Shown: positions 21,103 to 32,842 of the stretch, piece by piece
How the letters are laid out: each line of letters starts with the position of its first letter
How positions within the stretch are numbered: position 1 is the first letter of the stretch
From: Candidatus Latescibacterota bacterium
GTDB taxonomy: Bacteria > Latescibacterota > UBA2968 > GCA-2709665
Reading direction: 5' to 3'
Assembly (NCBI GenBank): GCA_965219455.1
Contig: OZ244744.1
Span: forward strand, 2,176,001 to 2,240,000
Length of the DNA stretch: 64,000 nucleotides
Translations under genes and position numbers: made by a program
The notes under the pieces: model-generated
Told to the model about the DNA's origin: nothing
Database searches by the model: none
What the model saw: only the letters and a program-made list of their open reading frames with translations

Positions 21103-22359
21103 GGCGTTTTTCAATGCCGTCATGGTGTCGATCAGACGCCGATCCGCATTGTATCGAAGCTGAAGAATCTGAACGAGTTTCTCCGGACTGGCGTCCGCGG
21201 CCGTCAACCGATAGACCTCGAGTCTGTCCGCCAACGCGTTCATGACCATATCGAGCAAGATGAGATCCGATGCATCGTCCTCGACCATACACTCATCCGC
21301 CAGCACACGCCGGACCACCTTGAGGCGGTCCCGCAGCGCCTCATCGTCTATCTCCTCGACCTTTTCTCGACTGACCAGTGGGGTGGACAGCGTCGCCAGA
21401 AATCCTTCACTCAGATATTTTCGGGCTTTCTCTTCGGTCCAGGTGTCCGTCAGAATGTCCACGACAGACTGCGGGATCCGCTCAGCACGCTCCCGGCTTT
21501 CAGCAGGCCCGCCACCTTCGTTTTGCCGGCGCGGCTGCCGGCGCCGTCTCGTTCGGCGATGTTCCTGCGAAGCGCCCCTTGCGGGGGGCTCCTGCGTCCT
21601 TTCAGCCGGGGTCTCCGCGGGCGCGCCCGCTCCCGCATCGGGCGGTGACGCCGCCGCAGCCTCCGTGGTCTCCGCTACAGGCTCTTCAGCGGATTCCCTG
21701 GCGTTCGCCGGTTCAGGGGGCGCCGCGACTGGTGCCGCCGCTTCCACCGGCTCCACCGTTGTCTCGGCCTCTTTCTCGGATTGACTCTGCTTCTTGTCCT
21801 CCGCTTTCCCGCGTGTCGTGCGCTTCGTGGATTTTGTCGGCCCACGCGACCGTTTCACCGGCCGCCGCGACACCACACGCTTCTCCGGAACGTCCGCCGT
21901 TTTCTCAGTAGATTGACCTGCATCTTCCGTGGCGTCAGGTTCCGGCTCTTCCCTCTTTTCCTCTACCGGCGTGGTTCGGCTGCGGGTTGTCCTTTTCGTT
22001 TTCTTGCTCCGGGTACGCTTGGCCGGCCGCCGCGACACCACCCGCCTTTCAGAATCCCTGGCGTCGTCTTTCTTCTCCCCGTCCGGGGCTTCCGATACGG
22101 GTTGATCATTCTCCCCGTCCGGGGCTTCCGATACGGGTTGATCATTCTCCCCGTCCGGGGCTTCCGATACGGGCTGATCATTCTCCCCGTCCGGGGCTTC
22201 CGATACGGGCTGATCATTCTCCCCGTCCGGGGCTTCCGATACGGGCTGATCATTCTCCCCGTCCGGGGCTTCCGATACGGGCTGATCATTCTCCCCGTCC
22301 GGGGCTTCCGATACGGGCTGATCATTCTCCCCGGATGGAGAATCCAAAATATCGTCCAT
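21100..22359 (-). CDS. Hypothetical protein: acidic 12-aa repeats, basic blocks, helical C-terminal domain
   Basis: GGGAGG RBS before ATG 22359; open frame; same strand as and downstream of groEL. Confidence 0.7.
   Translation of the reverse strand: MDDILDSPSGENDQPVSEAPDGENDQPVSEAPDGENDQPVSEAPDGENDQPVSEAPDGENDQPVSEAPDGENDQPVSEAPDGENDQPVSEAPDGEKKDDARDSERRVVSRRPAKRTRSKKTKRTTRSRTTPVEEKREEPEPDATEDAGQSTEKTADVPEKRVVSRRPVKRSRGPTKSTKRTTRGKAEDKKQSQSEKEAETTVEPVEAAAPVAAPPEPANARESAEEPVAETTEAAAASPPDAGAGAPAETPAERTQEPPARGASQEHRRTRRRRQPRRQNEGGGPAESRERAERIPQSVVDILTDTWTEEKARKYLSEGFLATLSTPLVSREKVEEIDDEALRDRLKVVRRVLADECMVEDDASDLILLDMVMNALADRLEVYRLTAADASPEKLVQILQLRYNADRRLIDTMTALKNA
22073..22333 (-). repeat. 7 x 36-bp coding tandem repeat (GENDQPVSEAPD)
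   Basis: Unit TTCTCCCCGTCCGGGGCTTCCGATACGGG(T/C)TGATCA; one synonymous variant position. Confidence 0.95.
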
Positions 22360-22492
22360 ATGCCTCCCTTTGAGCTGCAGACGACGCATAACAGGCCATT
22401 TCGTCTACAACCCTCCTCGTTGTTGAACCTACCCTAAAACATCAAGCCGACACACACCAATATAAGCAAATGTGATCACCGTTTGCCAGACG

Positions 22493-22523
22493 AAAAAAGG
22501 TCGGCCAGTACCGGCCGACCTTT
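22493..22523 (-). terminator. groEL terminator
   Basis: AAAGGTCGGCC/GGCCGACCTTT stem with a U-run on the minus strand. Confidence 0.8.
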
Positions 22524-22553
22524 GAACTCTTGCCCGATGTTGCGGACAGGGCA

Positions 22554-24182
22554 CTAATAATGATCGTGGCCGTGGCCCTGACCCTGCGGCTCTTTTTCCT
22601 CTTCCGGAACTTCCGTTACCAGCGTTTCAGTTGTCAACAGGAGCCCGGCAATGCTGGCCGCATTCTCAACCGCGGAACGCACAACCTTGGTGGGATCGGC
22701 CACGCCGGACTCGATCAGGTCTTCGTAGGTTTCGGTAAGCGCGTTGAATCCGAAGGCGCCATCTCCCTCTTTCACCCGTTGCGCAACCAGGCTGCCCTCG
22801 TGGCCCGCGTTATCGGCAATCTTTCTAAGAGGCGCTTCCAGCGCCTTGCTCAGGAGGTCCACGCCCGTCTTCTGATCTGCGCGAACCCGGCTGCGCACCG
22901 TGTCCAGCGACGAAATACATCTCACGAGGGCTACGCCGCCGCCAGGCACGATTCCTTCCTCCACAGCCGCCCGGGTCGCGTGCAGAGCATCTTCAACTCT
23001 CGCCTTCTTCTCTTTCATTTCGGTTTCGGTCGCGGCGCCGACGTTTACCACTGCCACACCGCCGGCCAGCTTGGCGAGTCGCTCCTGGAGTTTTTCCCGG
23101 TCGTAGTCCGAGGTCGTCTCCTCAATTTGCATGCGAATCTGGCTGACGCGTCCCTGGATGTCGTCGGTGGCTCCGGCTCCTTCCACGATTGTCGTATTGT
23201 CCTTGTCAACGACGATCCGCTTGGCCTGCCCCAGATCGTCGAGCTGGATATTTTCGAGTTTAATGCCCAGATCTTCGGAAATCACCCTACCGTCGGTGAG
23301 AATGGCGATATCCGCAAGCATCTCCGTCCGACGGTCGCCGTAGCCGGGCGCTTTTACCGCCGCCGCTTTAATGGTCCCGCGGACTTTATTCACAACAAAG
23401 GTCGCCAGCGCCTCACCCTCGACGTCTTCGGCGATCACCAACAACGCCCTGCCCGTTTGCGCCGTCTTCTCCAGCAACGGAAGGAGATCTTTCATGTTGG
23501 ACAGCTTTTTCTCGTGGATGAGGAGGTAAGCATCTTCCAGAACCGCTTCCATATTGTCCTGGTCGGTTACAAAATACGGCGAAATATAACCCCGGTCGAA
23601 CTGCATGCCTTCCACCACGTCCAACGTCGTCTCGATCGACTTGGCCTCTTCGACCGTAATCGTGCCGTCTTTGCCCACCTTCTCCATGGAATCGGCGATA
23701 ATTTCACCTATGCCACTGTCGTTGTTGGCCGAGATCATTGCCACCTGGGCGATTTCCTTGCGACCCTTGACCTCCTGTGACTGTGCCCTTAACGCATCGG
23801 TCACGGCCCCGACGCCCTCGTCGATTCCCCGCTTGATATCCATTGGGTTGGCTCCGGCCGTCACGTTCTTGAGCCCCTCGCGATAGATGGCTTCCGCAAG
23901 CACTGTGGCAGTGGTGGTGCCGTCACCTGCCACGTCTGACGTCTTGGAAGCCACCTCTTTCACCATCTGGGCGCCCATATTCTCGTAGGGATCAGGCAAT
24001 TCGATCTCTTTGGCCACCGTCACTCCGTCTTTGGTTACGGTTGGCGAACCCCATTTCTTGCCCAGAACGACGTTTCGGCCACGGGGGCCCAGCGTCGCTT
24101 TCACGGCTTTACACAGGATGTCCACGCCATCGAGAACCTTTGACCGGGCGTCTATCCCGTAGCTCAGTTGCTTAGCTGCCAT
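22554..24182 (-). CDS. groL: Chaperonin GroEL with His-rich tail
   Basis: [29 protein letters not shown]; ends GQGHGHDHY. Confidence 0.98.
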   Translation of the reverse strand: MAAKQLSYGIDARSKVLDGVDILCKAVKATLGPRGRNVVLGKKWGSPTVTKDGVTVAKEIELPDPYENMGAQMVKEVASKTSDVAGDGTTTATVLAEAIYREGLKNVTAGANPMDIKRGIDEGVGAVTDALRAQSQEVKGRKEIAQVAMISANNDSGIGEIIADSMEKVGKDGTITVEEAKSIETTLDVVEGMQFDRGYISPYFVTDQDNMEAVLEDAYLLIHEKKLSNMKDLLPLLEKTAQTGRALLVIAEDVEGEALATFVVNKVRGTIKAAAVKAPGYGDRRTEMLADIAILTDGRVISEDLGIKLENIQLDDLGQAKRIVVDKDNTTIVEGAGATDDIQGRVSQIRMQIEETTSDYDREKLQERLAKLAGGVAVVNVGAATETEMKEKKARVEDALHATRAAVEEGIVPGGGVALVRCISSLDTVRSRVRADQKTGVDLLSKALEAPLRKIADNAGHEGSLVAQRVKEGDGAFGFNALTETYEDLIESGVADPTKVVRSAVENAASIAGLLLTTETLVTEVPEEEKEPQGQGHGHDHY

Positions 24183-24324
24183 AATGCCCCTCCTAATTGC
24201 GGTTAATTACGAAAACGGTACAGGATTCGATTCCGGGGATTTTGTTCCCACTTACCCTTCAGACATCCCATCGGTGCCCGGCTCGAATCAGGACACGCAT
24301 CATTGCGTTGTCCGTGATTGTTTA

Positions 24325-24615
24325 TTATTCCAGGATTCCCAAAATATCGTCTTCCGACGCGATAACAAGCTCCTCTCCGCCCACTTCCACCTCGGTGCCA
24401 GCATATTGGCCAATGAGAACACGGTTGCCGATACCCACCGAAACCGGTACCGGATCGCCGGTTTTGTCGTTGACTTTGCCCGGCCCGACAGCAACGACCT
24501 CGGCTTCGAGTGGTTTTTCTTTGGCCGTATCGGGAACAATAATGCCGCCCTTGACCTGTCCATCGGCTTCAATCCGCCGGAGAAGTATCCGGTCGGCCAT
24601 AGGCTTCACTGTCAT
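24325..24615 (-). CDS. groS: Co-chaperonin GroES
   Basis: KPMADRIL, GGIIVPDTAKEKP, VGPG; AGGAGG RBS. Confidence 0.95.
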   Translation of the reverse strand: MTVKPMADRILLRRIEADGQVKGGIIVPDTAKEKPLEAEVVAVGPGKVNDKTGDPVPVSVGIGNRVLIGQYAGTEVEVGGEELVIASEDDILGILE

Positions 24616-24691
24616 TAGCCCCTCCTTCGCAAAAAATTGAGTTATTAAGTTTGTGTTAACCCGTTTATTTATAGATATTTTTTTCTGATTA

Positions 24692-24718
24692 TTAGCACTC
24701 ATCGCATTCGAGTGCTAA
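24692..24718. promoter_or_regulatory. CIRCE (HrcA operator)
   Basis: Perfect TTAGCACTC-N9-GAGTGCTAA upstream of groES. Confidence 0.97.
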
Positions 24719-24725
24719 TAACGCA

Positions 24726-24754
24726 AATATACAAGCTTTGACTTTGCGGCGCAA
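24726..24754 (-). promoter_or_regulatory. groESL sigma70 promoter
   Basis: Minus-strand TTGCGC-N17-TATATT immediately before CIRCE. Confidence 0.65.
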
Positions 24755-24849
24755 GGATAAATTCCCGAAAAGAAAAAGCGCATTACGAATGGTAATGCGC
24801 TTCGTCCGAATTTCCACGTATCGACTAATGTCTGTCCGGGACGCTCTGC

Positions 24850-25326
24850 CTACTGAATCGAACTCCTCAGCAGCGTTTTCTTCCGCGCGATCCGTTTCTC
24901 CAGGTGTTCAATTTCAGCTTCCAACAGTTCAGGGCGATCCAGATCGTCCGCCTCTTCAGGTGGCGGCGCCTGTTCCGACGGAAGGGCGGCATCCGCCCAG
25001 TCTTCGTACCCACCCGCCATCGAAATCACGCGCCTATAACCCAGTTCCTTCAATGACTCCGCAGCCAGAAGAGAACGTACCCCGCCAGCGCAATACACCA
25101 CCACTTCCCGGCACTTGTCGGGAATCCTGGATTCCGCCTCGGCTTCCAGGCGCCCTCGCGGTATGTGAACGGCCCCCCGCAAATGTCCCGACTCCCATTC
25201 TTCCTGGGCGCGCACATCCAACAGGACGGTACTCTCGCCGCTTTCCAGATGGTTGTGCACCTCCTGCACGCTCATCTCCGGAATCTCCCTGCGGGCTTCA
25301 TTCAACAGGTCATCTCTGGATTTCAT
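24850..25326 (-). CDS. Rhodanese-domain protein with C-terminal coiled coil
   Basis: LLDVR, GHLRGAVHIP, YCAGGVRS, MAGGYEDW. Confidence 0.85.
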   Translation of the reverse strand: MKSRDDLLNEARREIPEMSVQEVHNHLESGESTVLLDVRAQEEWESGHLRGAVHIPRGRLEAEAESRIPDKCREVVVYCAGGVRSLLAAESLKELGYRRVISMAGGYEDWADAALPSEQAPPPEEADDLDRPELLEAEIEHLEKRIARKKTLLRSSIQ

Positions 25327-25340
25327 CGCCTCTGAGCTCC

Positions 25341-25405
25341 TATCAGTCCGTTGAAAAAGTCCATCCGGTCTCCGGCCGGCTCTTGTGGCCGAATTACTGC
25401 GTTGC
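25341..25405 (+). mobile_element. MITE family B, one end only, next to the secA stop
   Basis: TATCAGTCCGTTGAAAAAGTCCATCCGG...TACTGCGTTGC matches the reverse complement of 43442-43506. Confidence 0.8.
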
Positions 25406-25408
25406 TTT

Positions 25409-28400
25409 TCACGCAGGCACCCGGCCCGCCTGACCATGACATTTTTTATATTTTTTGCCGCTACCACACGGACATGGATCGTTTCTGCCCACCTTCTGCA
25501 CCCGAACAGGACGCTGCCTGGGCGGACCGCCTTCCGAAGCGCTGGTGGCGGTATCCGACATCGGCGACGCCTCGACTCCAGTGGAAAATCCCATACCTGT
25601 GGCATCCTGGTGCATGAGGGAGACCTGTTGAGGCAGACGGCTTCTGGGCCTTGTCAATTCCTCTTCAACGGGAATGCGAAACAGGGTTTTCAGGGTTTCG
25701 CGGTTGATCTCGTCCAGGAGATCGACGAACATCTGAAACCCTTCACGCTTGTATTCGATCAGCGGGTCCTTTTGTCCGTATCCGCGCAGACCGATGCCTT
25801 CCTTGAGGTCGTCCATCTCCCGGAGGTGGTCCTTCCACTTGTCGTCCGTTACGCCCAGATAGACCATCCGCTCGATGTCCCGCATCCTTCCCGCGCCAAT
25901 CAGACTCTCGCGGCGTGTGTAGGCTGCCCTGATCCCATCGAACAACTTTTCCCGGAATCTATCCTCTTTAAGCTCGGGCAACGCCTCCGGAGGCACTTCC
26001 GGGACCTGGAGGAAAATCTGGCGCAGATCGCGATAGAGTCCGTCCAGATCCCAGTCTTCCTGGGTTCCTTCCTCTGGAAGATGGCTCTCGAAAGAAGCGT
26101 TCACCACCTCCTCCATCTCTTCCTCGATCTGCTCGTGGATATTGTGTTGCTCCAACGCGTGGCGTCGCCGGTCGTATACGACCTCCCGCTGCTGGTTCAT
26201 CACGTCGTCGTATTCCAGTAGATGTTTGCGCACCTCAAAGTTTCGGCCTTCCACGCGTTTCTGCGCCCGCTCGATAGATCGGGTCACCATCCGGTGTTCG
26301 ATCATCTCGCCCTCTTCGGCTCCCAGCCGGTCCATAATCCGGGCAATCCGTTCGGATCCGAACAGCCGCATCAGATCGTCTTCCAATGAAATGAAAAACC
26401 GGGAATTTCCGGGGTCGCCCTGTCGGCCGGCGCGTCCCCGAAGCTGCCGGTCTATCCGCCTCGCCTCGTGTCGCTCGGTGCCGATTATGTGCAATCCGCA
26501 GGGCAACGCCTCCTGACACCGGTATTCTTCCAGGTGCGGGCACAATGGGCGACCGCCATTGGCGCCGGGGATCAGCGCGCATTGATGGCCTTCCGGCGCC
26601 TTGACCACGCCGTTACCCAGCTTGATATCCGTACCGCGACCCGCCATATTGGTGGCAAGAGTCACAGCTGCCGGCTGTCCGGCTCTGGCGACGATCTGGG
26701 CTTCCTGCTGGTTGTGGCGGGCGTTGAGCACTGAATGATTAATCCCTTTTCGCTTCAACATGCGGGATAGCAACTCCGATACTTCGACGCTGATCGTACC
26801 GACGAGTACCGGCAGGTTATTGTCGTTCAACCGCTCGATCTCATCCACGATGGCGTTGTATTTCTCCCGTTTGGTTCTGAAGATCAAATCCTCCGAATCC
26901 ACCCGCCGAACCGGTTCGTTCGTAGGCATCACCACCACGTCCAGCTTGTAGATCTGAAACAGTTCCACCGCCTCGGTTTCGGCGGTTCCCGTCATCCCGG
27001 CCAGTTTGTGGTACAATCTGAAGTAGTTCTGCAAGGTGATCGTGGCAATCGTCTGGGTGTCCCGTTCCACCTTGACCCGCTCTTTCGCTTCCAGAGCCTG
27101 GTGCAGCCCGTCCGCGAATCGCCGACCCGGCTGGGGGCGCCCGGTGAATTCGTCTACAATAATCACCTGGCCGCCGTCCACGATATACCTTACATCCTTC
27201 TCATAAAGCGTATAGGCGACCAGAAGCTGTTGCACACTGTGAATCGCCTCGCTCTTCCGGGCGTAGTCCTGATAGGCATCGTCCTGAGATCTGGCTTTTT
27301 CGTCCGGCGCCAGTGAATCATCCGCTTCGATTTCGTGCAGGATTTCATCCAGGTCCGGCAGCACAAAGTCGTCTGGCTTCCTGCTGATCTCGACACGACC
27401 CTTGTCAGTCAGGTCAATGACATGACTCTTCTCGTCCACGCTGAAGAAGAGGGTTTCGTCGATCTCGCCCATTCGCTTGTCGCGCATGTAATCCGCCTCA
27501 ACCCGGCCAATCAGGCGTTTGATTCCCTCCTCCTGCACCAACTTCATGAATCGGCGGTTTTTGGGCATCCCCCGCTGAACCTGAAGCAGCCGGATCCCCG
27601 CCTCGTATTCCTCCTCGTCGAGGAGTTCCTCCGCTTCGTTTAAAGTCCCGGTCACCACCCGCGTCTGCGCCCTGACCAACCGATCCACCAGTGGCCGCAT
27701 CTCATCGTAGCGCTGATTATCGGCCTCCGCCACCGCGCCGGAAATGATCAGCGGCGTCCTGGCTTCGTCGATCAATATGCTGTCCGCCTCGTCGATAATT
27801 GCGAAATAGTGTTCGCGCTGCATCAGGTCATCCGGTCGAACCGTCATATTGTCGTAAAGATAATCGAATCCGAACTGGTCTTTCGTGCCGTAGATGATAT
27901 CGGCCCGATAGGCCTCATGATGATCGCACTCCCGCAGGCGGTAACCGCCATGGCCATCCTCCTCCATGCGATACGCCTCCGCCTCCATGGACCGGTCCTG
28001 GATGATGCCCACGCTCATCCCAAGAAAGAGATAGACGGGCCCAAGCCACATGGCGTCTCGCTTTGCCAGATAGGAGTTAACCGTCACGAGATGCGCGCCC
28101 CGTCCCGTCAATCCGTTCAAATAAAGCGGCATTCCCGCCACGAGCGTCTTGCCCTCGCCAGTGGCCATCTCGGCTATTTTTCCCTGGTGCAGCACGACGC
28201 CGCCGAGCAACTGCACGTCGTAAGGCACCATATCCCAGACAATGGATTCCCCTGCACGCTCCCACTGCTTCCCCTCCGCCTTGAAGCGGCGACATGTCTC
28301 CTTGTAGACCGCAAATGCCTCGGGCAATATCCCCTCCAGAGCCTCCGCCTCGAGTTGCCTGGCCTCGCCCTCCAGTTCCGAGATCTCGTCCAGCAGTGAG

Positions 28401-28639
28401 GAACGATCCATTTCGTCCTCACGCTTCAACTCTGCCCGCATCCGATCCACCTGATCCGTGCATTCCTCTGTCGCGTCCTGCAGCCTCTGTCTGAACTCAG
28501 CTGTCTTGTCGCGCAGACCCGCATCCGAAAGCGGGGAGAATGACTCGCAAAGTCCGTTGATTCTATCGACCATCGGCCAGAGTTTCTTCAGATCCCGATC
28601 GTATTTGGTCCCGAAGACTTTTTTGATCACACCCATCAT
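25409..28639 (-). CDS. secA: Preprotein translocase SecA
   Basis: [35 protein letters not shown]-terminal [13 protein letters not shown]. Confidence 0.98.
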   Translation of the reverse strand: MMGVIKKVFGTKYDRDLKKLWPMVDRINGLCESFSPLSDAGLRDKTAEFRQRLQDATEECTDQVDRMRAELKREDEMDRSSLLDEISELEGEARQLEAEALEGILPEAFAVYKETCRRFKAEGKQWERAGESIVWDMVPYDVQLLGGVVLHQGKIAEMATGEGKTLVAGMPLYLNGLTGRGAHLVTVNSYLAKRDAMWLGPVYLFLGMSVGIIQDRSMEAEAYRMEEDGHGGYRLRECDHHEAYRADIIYGTKDQFGFDYLYDNMTVRPDDLMQREHYFAIIDEADSILIDEARTPLIISGAVAEADNQRYDEMRPLVDRLVRAQTRVVTGTLNEAEELLDEEEYEAGIRLLQVQRGMPKNRRFMKLVQEEGIKRLIGRVEADYMRDKRMGEIDETLFFSVDEKSHVIDLTDKGRVEISRKPDDFVLPDLDEILHEIEADDSLAPDEKARSQDDAYQDYARKSEAIHSVQQLLVAYTLYEKDVRYIVDGGQVIIVDEFTGRPQPGRRFADGLHQALEAKERVKVERDTQTIATITLQNYFRLYHKLAGMTGTAETEAVELFQIYKLDVVVMPTNEPVRRVDSEDLIFRTKREKYNAIVDEIERLNDNNLPVLVGTISVEVSELLSRMLKRKGINHSVLNARHNQQEAQIVARAGQPAAVTLATNMAGRGTDIKLGNGVVKAPEGHQCALIPGANGGRPLCPHLEEYRCQEALPCGLHIIGTERHEARRIDRQLRGRAGRQGDPGNSRFFISLEDDLMRLFGSERIARIMDRLGAEEGEMIEHRMVTRSIERAQKRVEGRNFEVRKHLLEYDDVMNQQREVVYDRRRHALEQHNIHEQIEEEMEEVVNASFESHLPEEGTQEDWDLDGLYRDLRQIFLQVPEVPPEALPELKEDRFREKLFDGIRAAYTRRESLIGAGRMRDIERMVYLGVTDDKWKDHLREMDDLKEGIGLRGYGQKDPLIEYKREGFQMFVDLLDEINRETLKTLFRIPVEEELTRPRSRLPQQVSLMHQDATGMGFSTGVEASPMSDTATSASEGGPPRQRPVRVQKVGRNDPCPCGSGKKYKKCHGQAGRVPA

Positions 28640-28656
28640 AAGCGGTTATCCACCCT

Positions 28657-29091
28657 TTAACGACAATCCATGGGATTTGTAATGATTCCCTGCTGTCTGA
28701 CCAGCGCATCCAGAATTCCGTTGATAAACGTGGGCGCCTTCTCAACGCTGTACCGCTTTGCGAGTTCAATGGCTTCGTTCATCGAGACCTTGACCGGTAT
28801 ATTGTCGAATGCCAGCATTTCAGTAAGCGCCATCCACAGCAGGATCCGATCGATTCTCGAGATGCGTTCCAACGCCCAGTTCCTGGAAATCCCCTCAACC
28901 ATACGGTTCAGTTCGTCTTTCCGCGTCCAGGTCTCCCGACCCAGCGTCTGTGCGAATTCGGCGGCGTCCTCCGACAGTTGTGCGCGAGCCGCCATGGCAT
29001 GGAGCGTCTGATGCACGGGGTCTCCCGAACTTTCGCTCCAATACAACGCCTGCAGCGCAACTTCGCGGGCTTTTCGGCGCGAACCCGTCAT
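28657..29091 (-). CDS. nusB: Transcription antitermination factor NusB
   Basis: [28 protein letters not shown]. Confidence 0.95.
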   Translation of the reverse strand: MTGSRRKAREVALQALYWSESSGDPVHQTLHAMAARAQLSEDAAEFAQTLGRETWTRKDELNRMVEGISRNWALERISRIDRILLWMALTEMLAFDNIPVKVSMNEAIELAKRYSVEKAPTFINGILDALVRQQGIITNPMDCR

Positions 29092-29567
29092 GCCTCGTCT
29101 TCGTTCCAGGTTGCCAGCAGATTCGCCATCTCAACAGCGCCCAGGGCAACCTCCCATCCTTTGTTGCCGGCCTTGGTTCCCGCCCTTTCGATTGCCTGTT
29201 CGACGGTATCGGTCGTCAACACGCCAAACAGGCACGGCACACCCGATTCCAGCCCTACCGATGCAATGCCCTTGGAGACCTCGTTGGCCACATAATCGAA
29301 ATGGGGCGTACTCCCGCGAATCACGGCACCCAGGCAGATCACCGCGTCGTAACGCCCGCTGCGTGCCATTTTCTGAGCCATCAGTGGAATCTCGAACGAA
29401 CCCGGTACCCAGGCCACGTCCACGTTATCCGGTTCGCCTCCATGTCGCTTCAGACAATCCTCGGCACCTTCCAGCAACTGCTTGCTAACCAACGCGTTGA
29501 ATCGACTTACGACGATACCGAAGCGTTTGCCGTCGGCACTCAATCCACCTTCAAACATTCTGGCCAT
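29088..29567 (-). CDS. ribH: Lumazine synthase
   Basis: [25 protein letters not shown]. Confidence 0.96.
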   Translation of the reverse strand: MARMFEGGLSADGKRFGIVVSRFNALVSKQLLEGAEDCLKRHGGEPDNVDVAWVPGSFEIPLMAQKMARSGRYDAVICLGAVIRGSTPHFDYVANEVSKGIASVGLESGVPCLFGVLTTDTVEQAIERAGTKAGNKGWEVALGAVEMANLLATWNEDEA

Positions 29568-30825
29568 ACGTTCCCTCCGGGGCGCCATCGACCAACTTCA
29601 AGTCTTTTTCGTCAAAAATGTGTCCCATTTTCTTCTGTTTGGTGCGTAAATACCGGATATTCCATGGCGTTGGGACAATCTTGACAGGCACTCGCTCCAC
29701 AATCTCGATTCCATACGCTTCCAGCCCCACCCGCTTGGCCGGGTTGTTGGTGATCAGTCGCGCCTTCCTGATGCCCAGGTCCAGCAGGATCTGCGCACCG
29801 ATGCCGTAATCCCGCTCGTCCATCTTGAATCCCAGCTTCAGATTCGCCTCCACCGTATCGTAGCCTTCTTCCTGAAGTCGGTAGGCGTGTATCTTTTCAC
29901 GGAGTCCGATACCGCGGCCCTCCTGCCGCATGTAGACGACGGCGCCGCGACCCTCTCGTTCAATCATCTCGATCGCCGAGTGGAGGTTCGAGCTGCAGTC
30001 GCACCTTAGCGACCCGAAGGTGTCGCCGGTCAGACACTCGGAGTGCATCCGAACCAGCACGGGATCGCCTGCCGACAGGTCTCCCTTGGTCAATGCCACG
30101 TGCTCCCGCTGGTCGACTTCGCTATCGTAAAGGTGCAGCTTAAACTCGCCGAACCGGGTGGGGAGACGAACGGTCTCCAGGCATCCGACCAGCTTTTCCG
30201 ATCGGCGGCGATACGCAATCAGATCGCGAATTGTGATAATCTTCAGGTTGAACTGCCGGGCCATTTCCACCAGTTGCGGCAGCCGGGCCATCGTTCCGTC
30301 AGGATTCAATATTTCGCACAGGACACCCGCCGGATAGAGGCCGGCGAGCCGCGCCAGATCCACCGTCGCCTCCGTGTGCCCCGCTCGGCGCAATACACCT
30401 CCCGGACGGGCACACAGAGGAAAGATGTGTCCAGGTCTGGCAAAATCAGGGGGCCGGGCGCTCGGGTCCACAAATCGCTGTATTGTGACGGCCCGATCCT
30501 GCGCTGAAATCCCGGTGGTGGTGCCCTCTACCGCGTCGATGCTAACCGTGAAAGGCGTTCCATGCAGTGCTGTGTTTCTGCCCACCATCATCTCCAGATC
30601 CAACTCCTGTAGTCGCTCCGACGTTGCCGGCAGGCAGACCAGCCCGCGCCCGTTAAGGGCCATAAAATTGATAATCTCAGGCGTGACTTTTTCCGCCGCC
30701 GTGATCAGGTCCCCTTCGTTTTCCCGGTCCTCGTCGTCCACGACGATCACCAGCTTGCCCGCACGAATGTCGTCAAGCGCCTCTTCGATGGACGCAATAC
30801 GGAACCCGTTGTCGATTTCAGACAT
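29551..30825 (-). CDS. ribBA: Bifunctional DHBP synthase / GTP cyclohydrolase II
   Basis: [24 protein letters not shown]...RCDC, QEGRGIG. Confidence 0.96.
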   Translation of the reverse strand: MSEIDNGFRIASIEEALDDIRAGKLVIVVDDEDRENEGDLITAAEKVTPEIINFMALNGRGLVCLPATSERLQELDLEMMVGRNTALHGTPFTVSIDAVEGTTTGISAQDRAVTIQRFVDPSARPPDFARPGHIFPLCARPGGVLRRAGHTEATVDLARLAGLYPAGVLCEILNPDGTMARLPQLVEMARQFNLKIITIRDLIAYRRRSEKLVGCLETVRLPTRFGEFKLHLYDSEVDQREHVALTKGDLSAGDPVLVRMHSECLTGDTFGSLRCDCSSNLHSAIEMIEREGRGAVVYMRQEGRGIGLREKIHAYRLQEEGYDTVEANLKLGFKMDERDYGIGAQILLDLGIRKARLITNNPAKRVGLEAYGIEIVERVPVKIVPTPWNIRYLRTKQKKMGHIFDEKDLKLVDGAPEGTYGQNV

Positions 30826-30907
30826 GAAATGCTGCTCCCGGCAAAGTGACGGTGCGATATGAAGAAACCTCATCCCGTGCGATTCTCGTTAAACCCCTTC
30901 TCTTTCG

Positions 30908-31543
30908 CTACCGTATCTGCATGTCCCGCGCCGTCGCCAATTCGCCATTCGACGCGTGGCGGCCGATCAACCTGTCCAGATACCGCGCCACCATGTCGAC
31001 CTCCAGATTCACAGCGTCGCCGACCCGGCGTTCACCGATCGTTGTCACTTCCATCGTATGCGGTATTACCGTCACCGTGAAGTCGCGTGCGCCTGCAGAC
31101 ACAACCGTCAGGCTGATCCCGTCCACGGCTATTGAACCCTTATTTGCCACAAACGGGACGAGTTCGGCCGGCATCCCTATCCGGAACACGACGTTGTCCG
31201 CCCATCGCCGCCGCTCCTGCACTCGGCCCATCCCATCCACGTGCCCGGCCACCAGATGGCCTCCCAGGCGATCCGACAGCTTTAGCGACCGTTCCAGATT
31301 CACCCTGTCACCCGTTTTCAACCTACCCAGCGTCGTCCGCTCCAGGGTCTCCGAGACGGACTCAAATGAGAACCCCTGCCGCCCCACTTCGACAACGGTG
31401 TGGCAGGCGCCGTCGATCGATATGCTATCGCCGATCGCGACATCCGCCAGCACGCGCTTCGCTTCCAGACTCGTTCGCTGATACCCCGTCCGCCTCTGAA
31501 TCGTACGCACCAGCCCCACTTCCTCGACAATTCCCGTAAACAT
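30908..31543 (-). CDS. ribE: Riboflavin synthase
   Basis: MFTGIVEE, GGHLVAGHVDG, VNLEVD. Confidence 0.95.
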   Translation of the reverse strand: MFTGIVEEVGLVRTIQRRTGYQRTSLEAKRVLADVAIGDSISIDGACHTVVEVGRQGFSFESVSETLERTTLGRLKTGDRVNLERSLKLSDRLGGHLVAGHVDGMGRVQERRRWADNVVFRIGMPAELVPFVANKGSIAVDGISLTVVSAGARDFTVTVIPHTMEVTTIGERRVGDAVNLEVDMVARYLDRLIGRHASNGELATARDMQIR

Positions 31544-31631
31544 CAAGCCCATCCTTTCCTGGGCCACGGAGTTCGGGAAATCAGAACCACGCCAAAAACC
31601 GGGTCCAGGTTTGCCATTCTATTCCCCGGCT

Positions 31632-31695
31632 TATCAGCCCGTTGAAAAAGTCCATCCGGCCTCGCCTGCAGAGCAACTTTTTCAACGGACTGTCA
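31632..31695 (+). mobile_element. MITE family B, internally deleted 64-bp copy abutting the ribD stop
   Basis: Both ends (TCAGCCCGTTGAAAAAGT / ACTTTTTCAACGGACTG) joined at a CGG microhomology relative to the 43341 copy. Confidence 0.8.
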
Positions 31696-32793
31696 GGGCG
31701 CCCGTGTCGGGACGGCAGCGCCCTTCACCCGTGCCGTGTAAAATAAATCGGGACCGGTCCAATCCACGTCGACTTCATTCAGAAGAATCGCATCCACCAC
31801 TCTTGTTATCCCAAGATCACCCACCGAGTCAATCCCCTTACCCAAAATCACGGGGGCGATAAACACCGCCAGCCTGTCGATCAACCGGTCGCGCATCGCG
31901 GACGCCGCCACCGTACCGCCGCCTTCAATCAACACATGGGTGATTCCTTCATTGCCCGCCCGGGAAAGCACGTCTCGGAGCATGGGCCTTCCATCCATCT
32001 GCGAACAGATCCAAACGCGAGCGCCGCATGCTTCCATCGCTTCTATTTTTTTTTTCGAGACCCCTCGAGCCGCGGCAAGAATCAGCGGCGCCCCATCAAA
32101 TACCTTTGCCTTTCTTGAAATCTCAAGGCGACTGTCCAGCACGATTTTTACCGGATCAACACCGTCCAGATGCCGAACCGACAGCGCCGGATCGTCCGCG
32201 TCGACCGTCCCCCGCCCAACCATAACCGCCGTTGCTTCAGCGCGCAGCCCGTGCGCCCGTGTTCGGGACACATCCGAGGAGATCCACTTAGATTCGCCCG
32301 AAGCGGTCGCGATCCGGCCGTCCAGTGTCTGCGCCAGCTTCAGGGTGACAAACGGAAAACCCGTCGTCCGGTGTTTGACGAACACCTCGTTCTGTCGCCG
32401 CGCCTCTCCCTCGAGCACGCCAACGTCCACCCGTATGGCCGCCTCGCGCAACCGGCCGATACCCCTGCCCGAAACCCGTCTATCCGGATCTACCATTCCG
32501 CACACGACCCGCGCAACCCCTTTTCTAATCAATAAATCGACACACGGCGGCGTACGGCCGGTATGAGCGCACGGTTCAAGCGTCACATAAAGCGTGAGGT
32601 CTGGCGTTCCGTCGGCCACGCCTTCAAGCGCATAAACCTCTGCGTGCGGTTTTCCGGATTCAGGATAATACCCATGTCCCAAAATTTGCCCATTCCGAAC
32701 CGCCACCGCGCCCACCAGCGCTCCGTCCCGTACCCGGCCGCGTCCTTTTTCAGCCAACGACAACGCCAGCCGCATATAATCCACATCCGTCAT
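31693..32793 (-). CDS. ribD: Riboflavin deaminase/reductase
   Basis: HAE, TLEPCAH...PPC, TLDGRIA, EGGG. Confidence 0.95.
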   Translation of the reverse strand: MTDVDYMRLALSLAEKGRGRVRDGALVGAVAVRNGQILGHGYYPESGKPHAEVYALEGVADGTPDLTLYVTLEPCAHTGRTPPCVDLLIRKGVARVVCGMVDPDRRVSGRGIGRLREAAIRVDVGVLEGEARRQNEVFVKHRTTGFPFVTLKLAQTLDGRIATASGESKWISSDVSRTRAHGLRAEATAVMVGRGTVDADDPALSVRHLDGVDPVKIVLDSRLEISRKAKVFDGAPLILAAARGVSKKKIEAMEACGARVWICSQMDGRPMLRDVLSRAGNEGITHVLIEGGGTVAASAMRDRLIDRLAVFIAPVILGKGIDSVGDLGITRVVDAILLNEVDVDWTGPDLFYTARVKGAAVPTRAP

Positions 32794-32842
32794 AAACCAC
32801 CCCGTGTCGCCTGGACCGGGAATCCCGTAAGGTGGACGGGCT

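Noticed and set aside
22073-22333. 36-bp repeats as a CRISPR array
   Set aside because: Units are contiguous with no spacers, are in frame within a CDS, and no cas genes are present.
22530-23780. Long antisense ORFs (e.g. opposite groEL, acs, trpD, tyrA)
   Set aside because: Shadow frames of well-identified genes, expected in high-GC DNA.
31544-32842. FMN riboswitch for the rib genes
   Set aside because: No RFN consensus before ribD or ribE; the ribD-ribE gap holds a mini-MITE.
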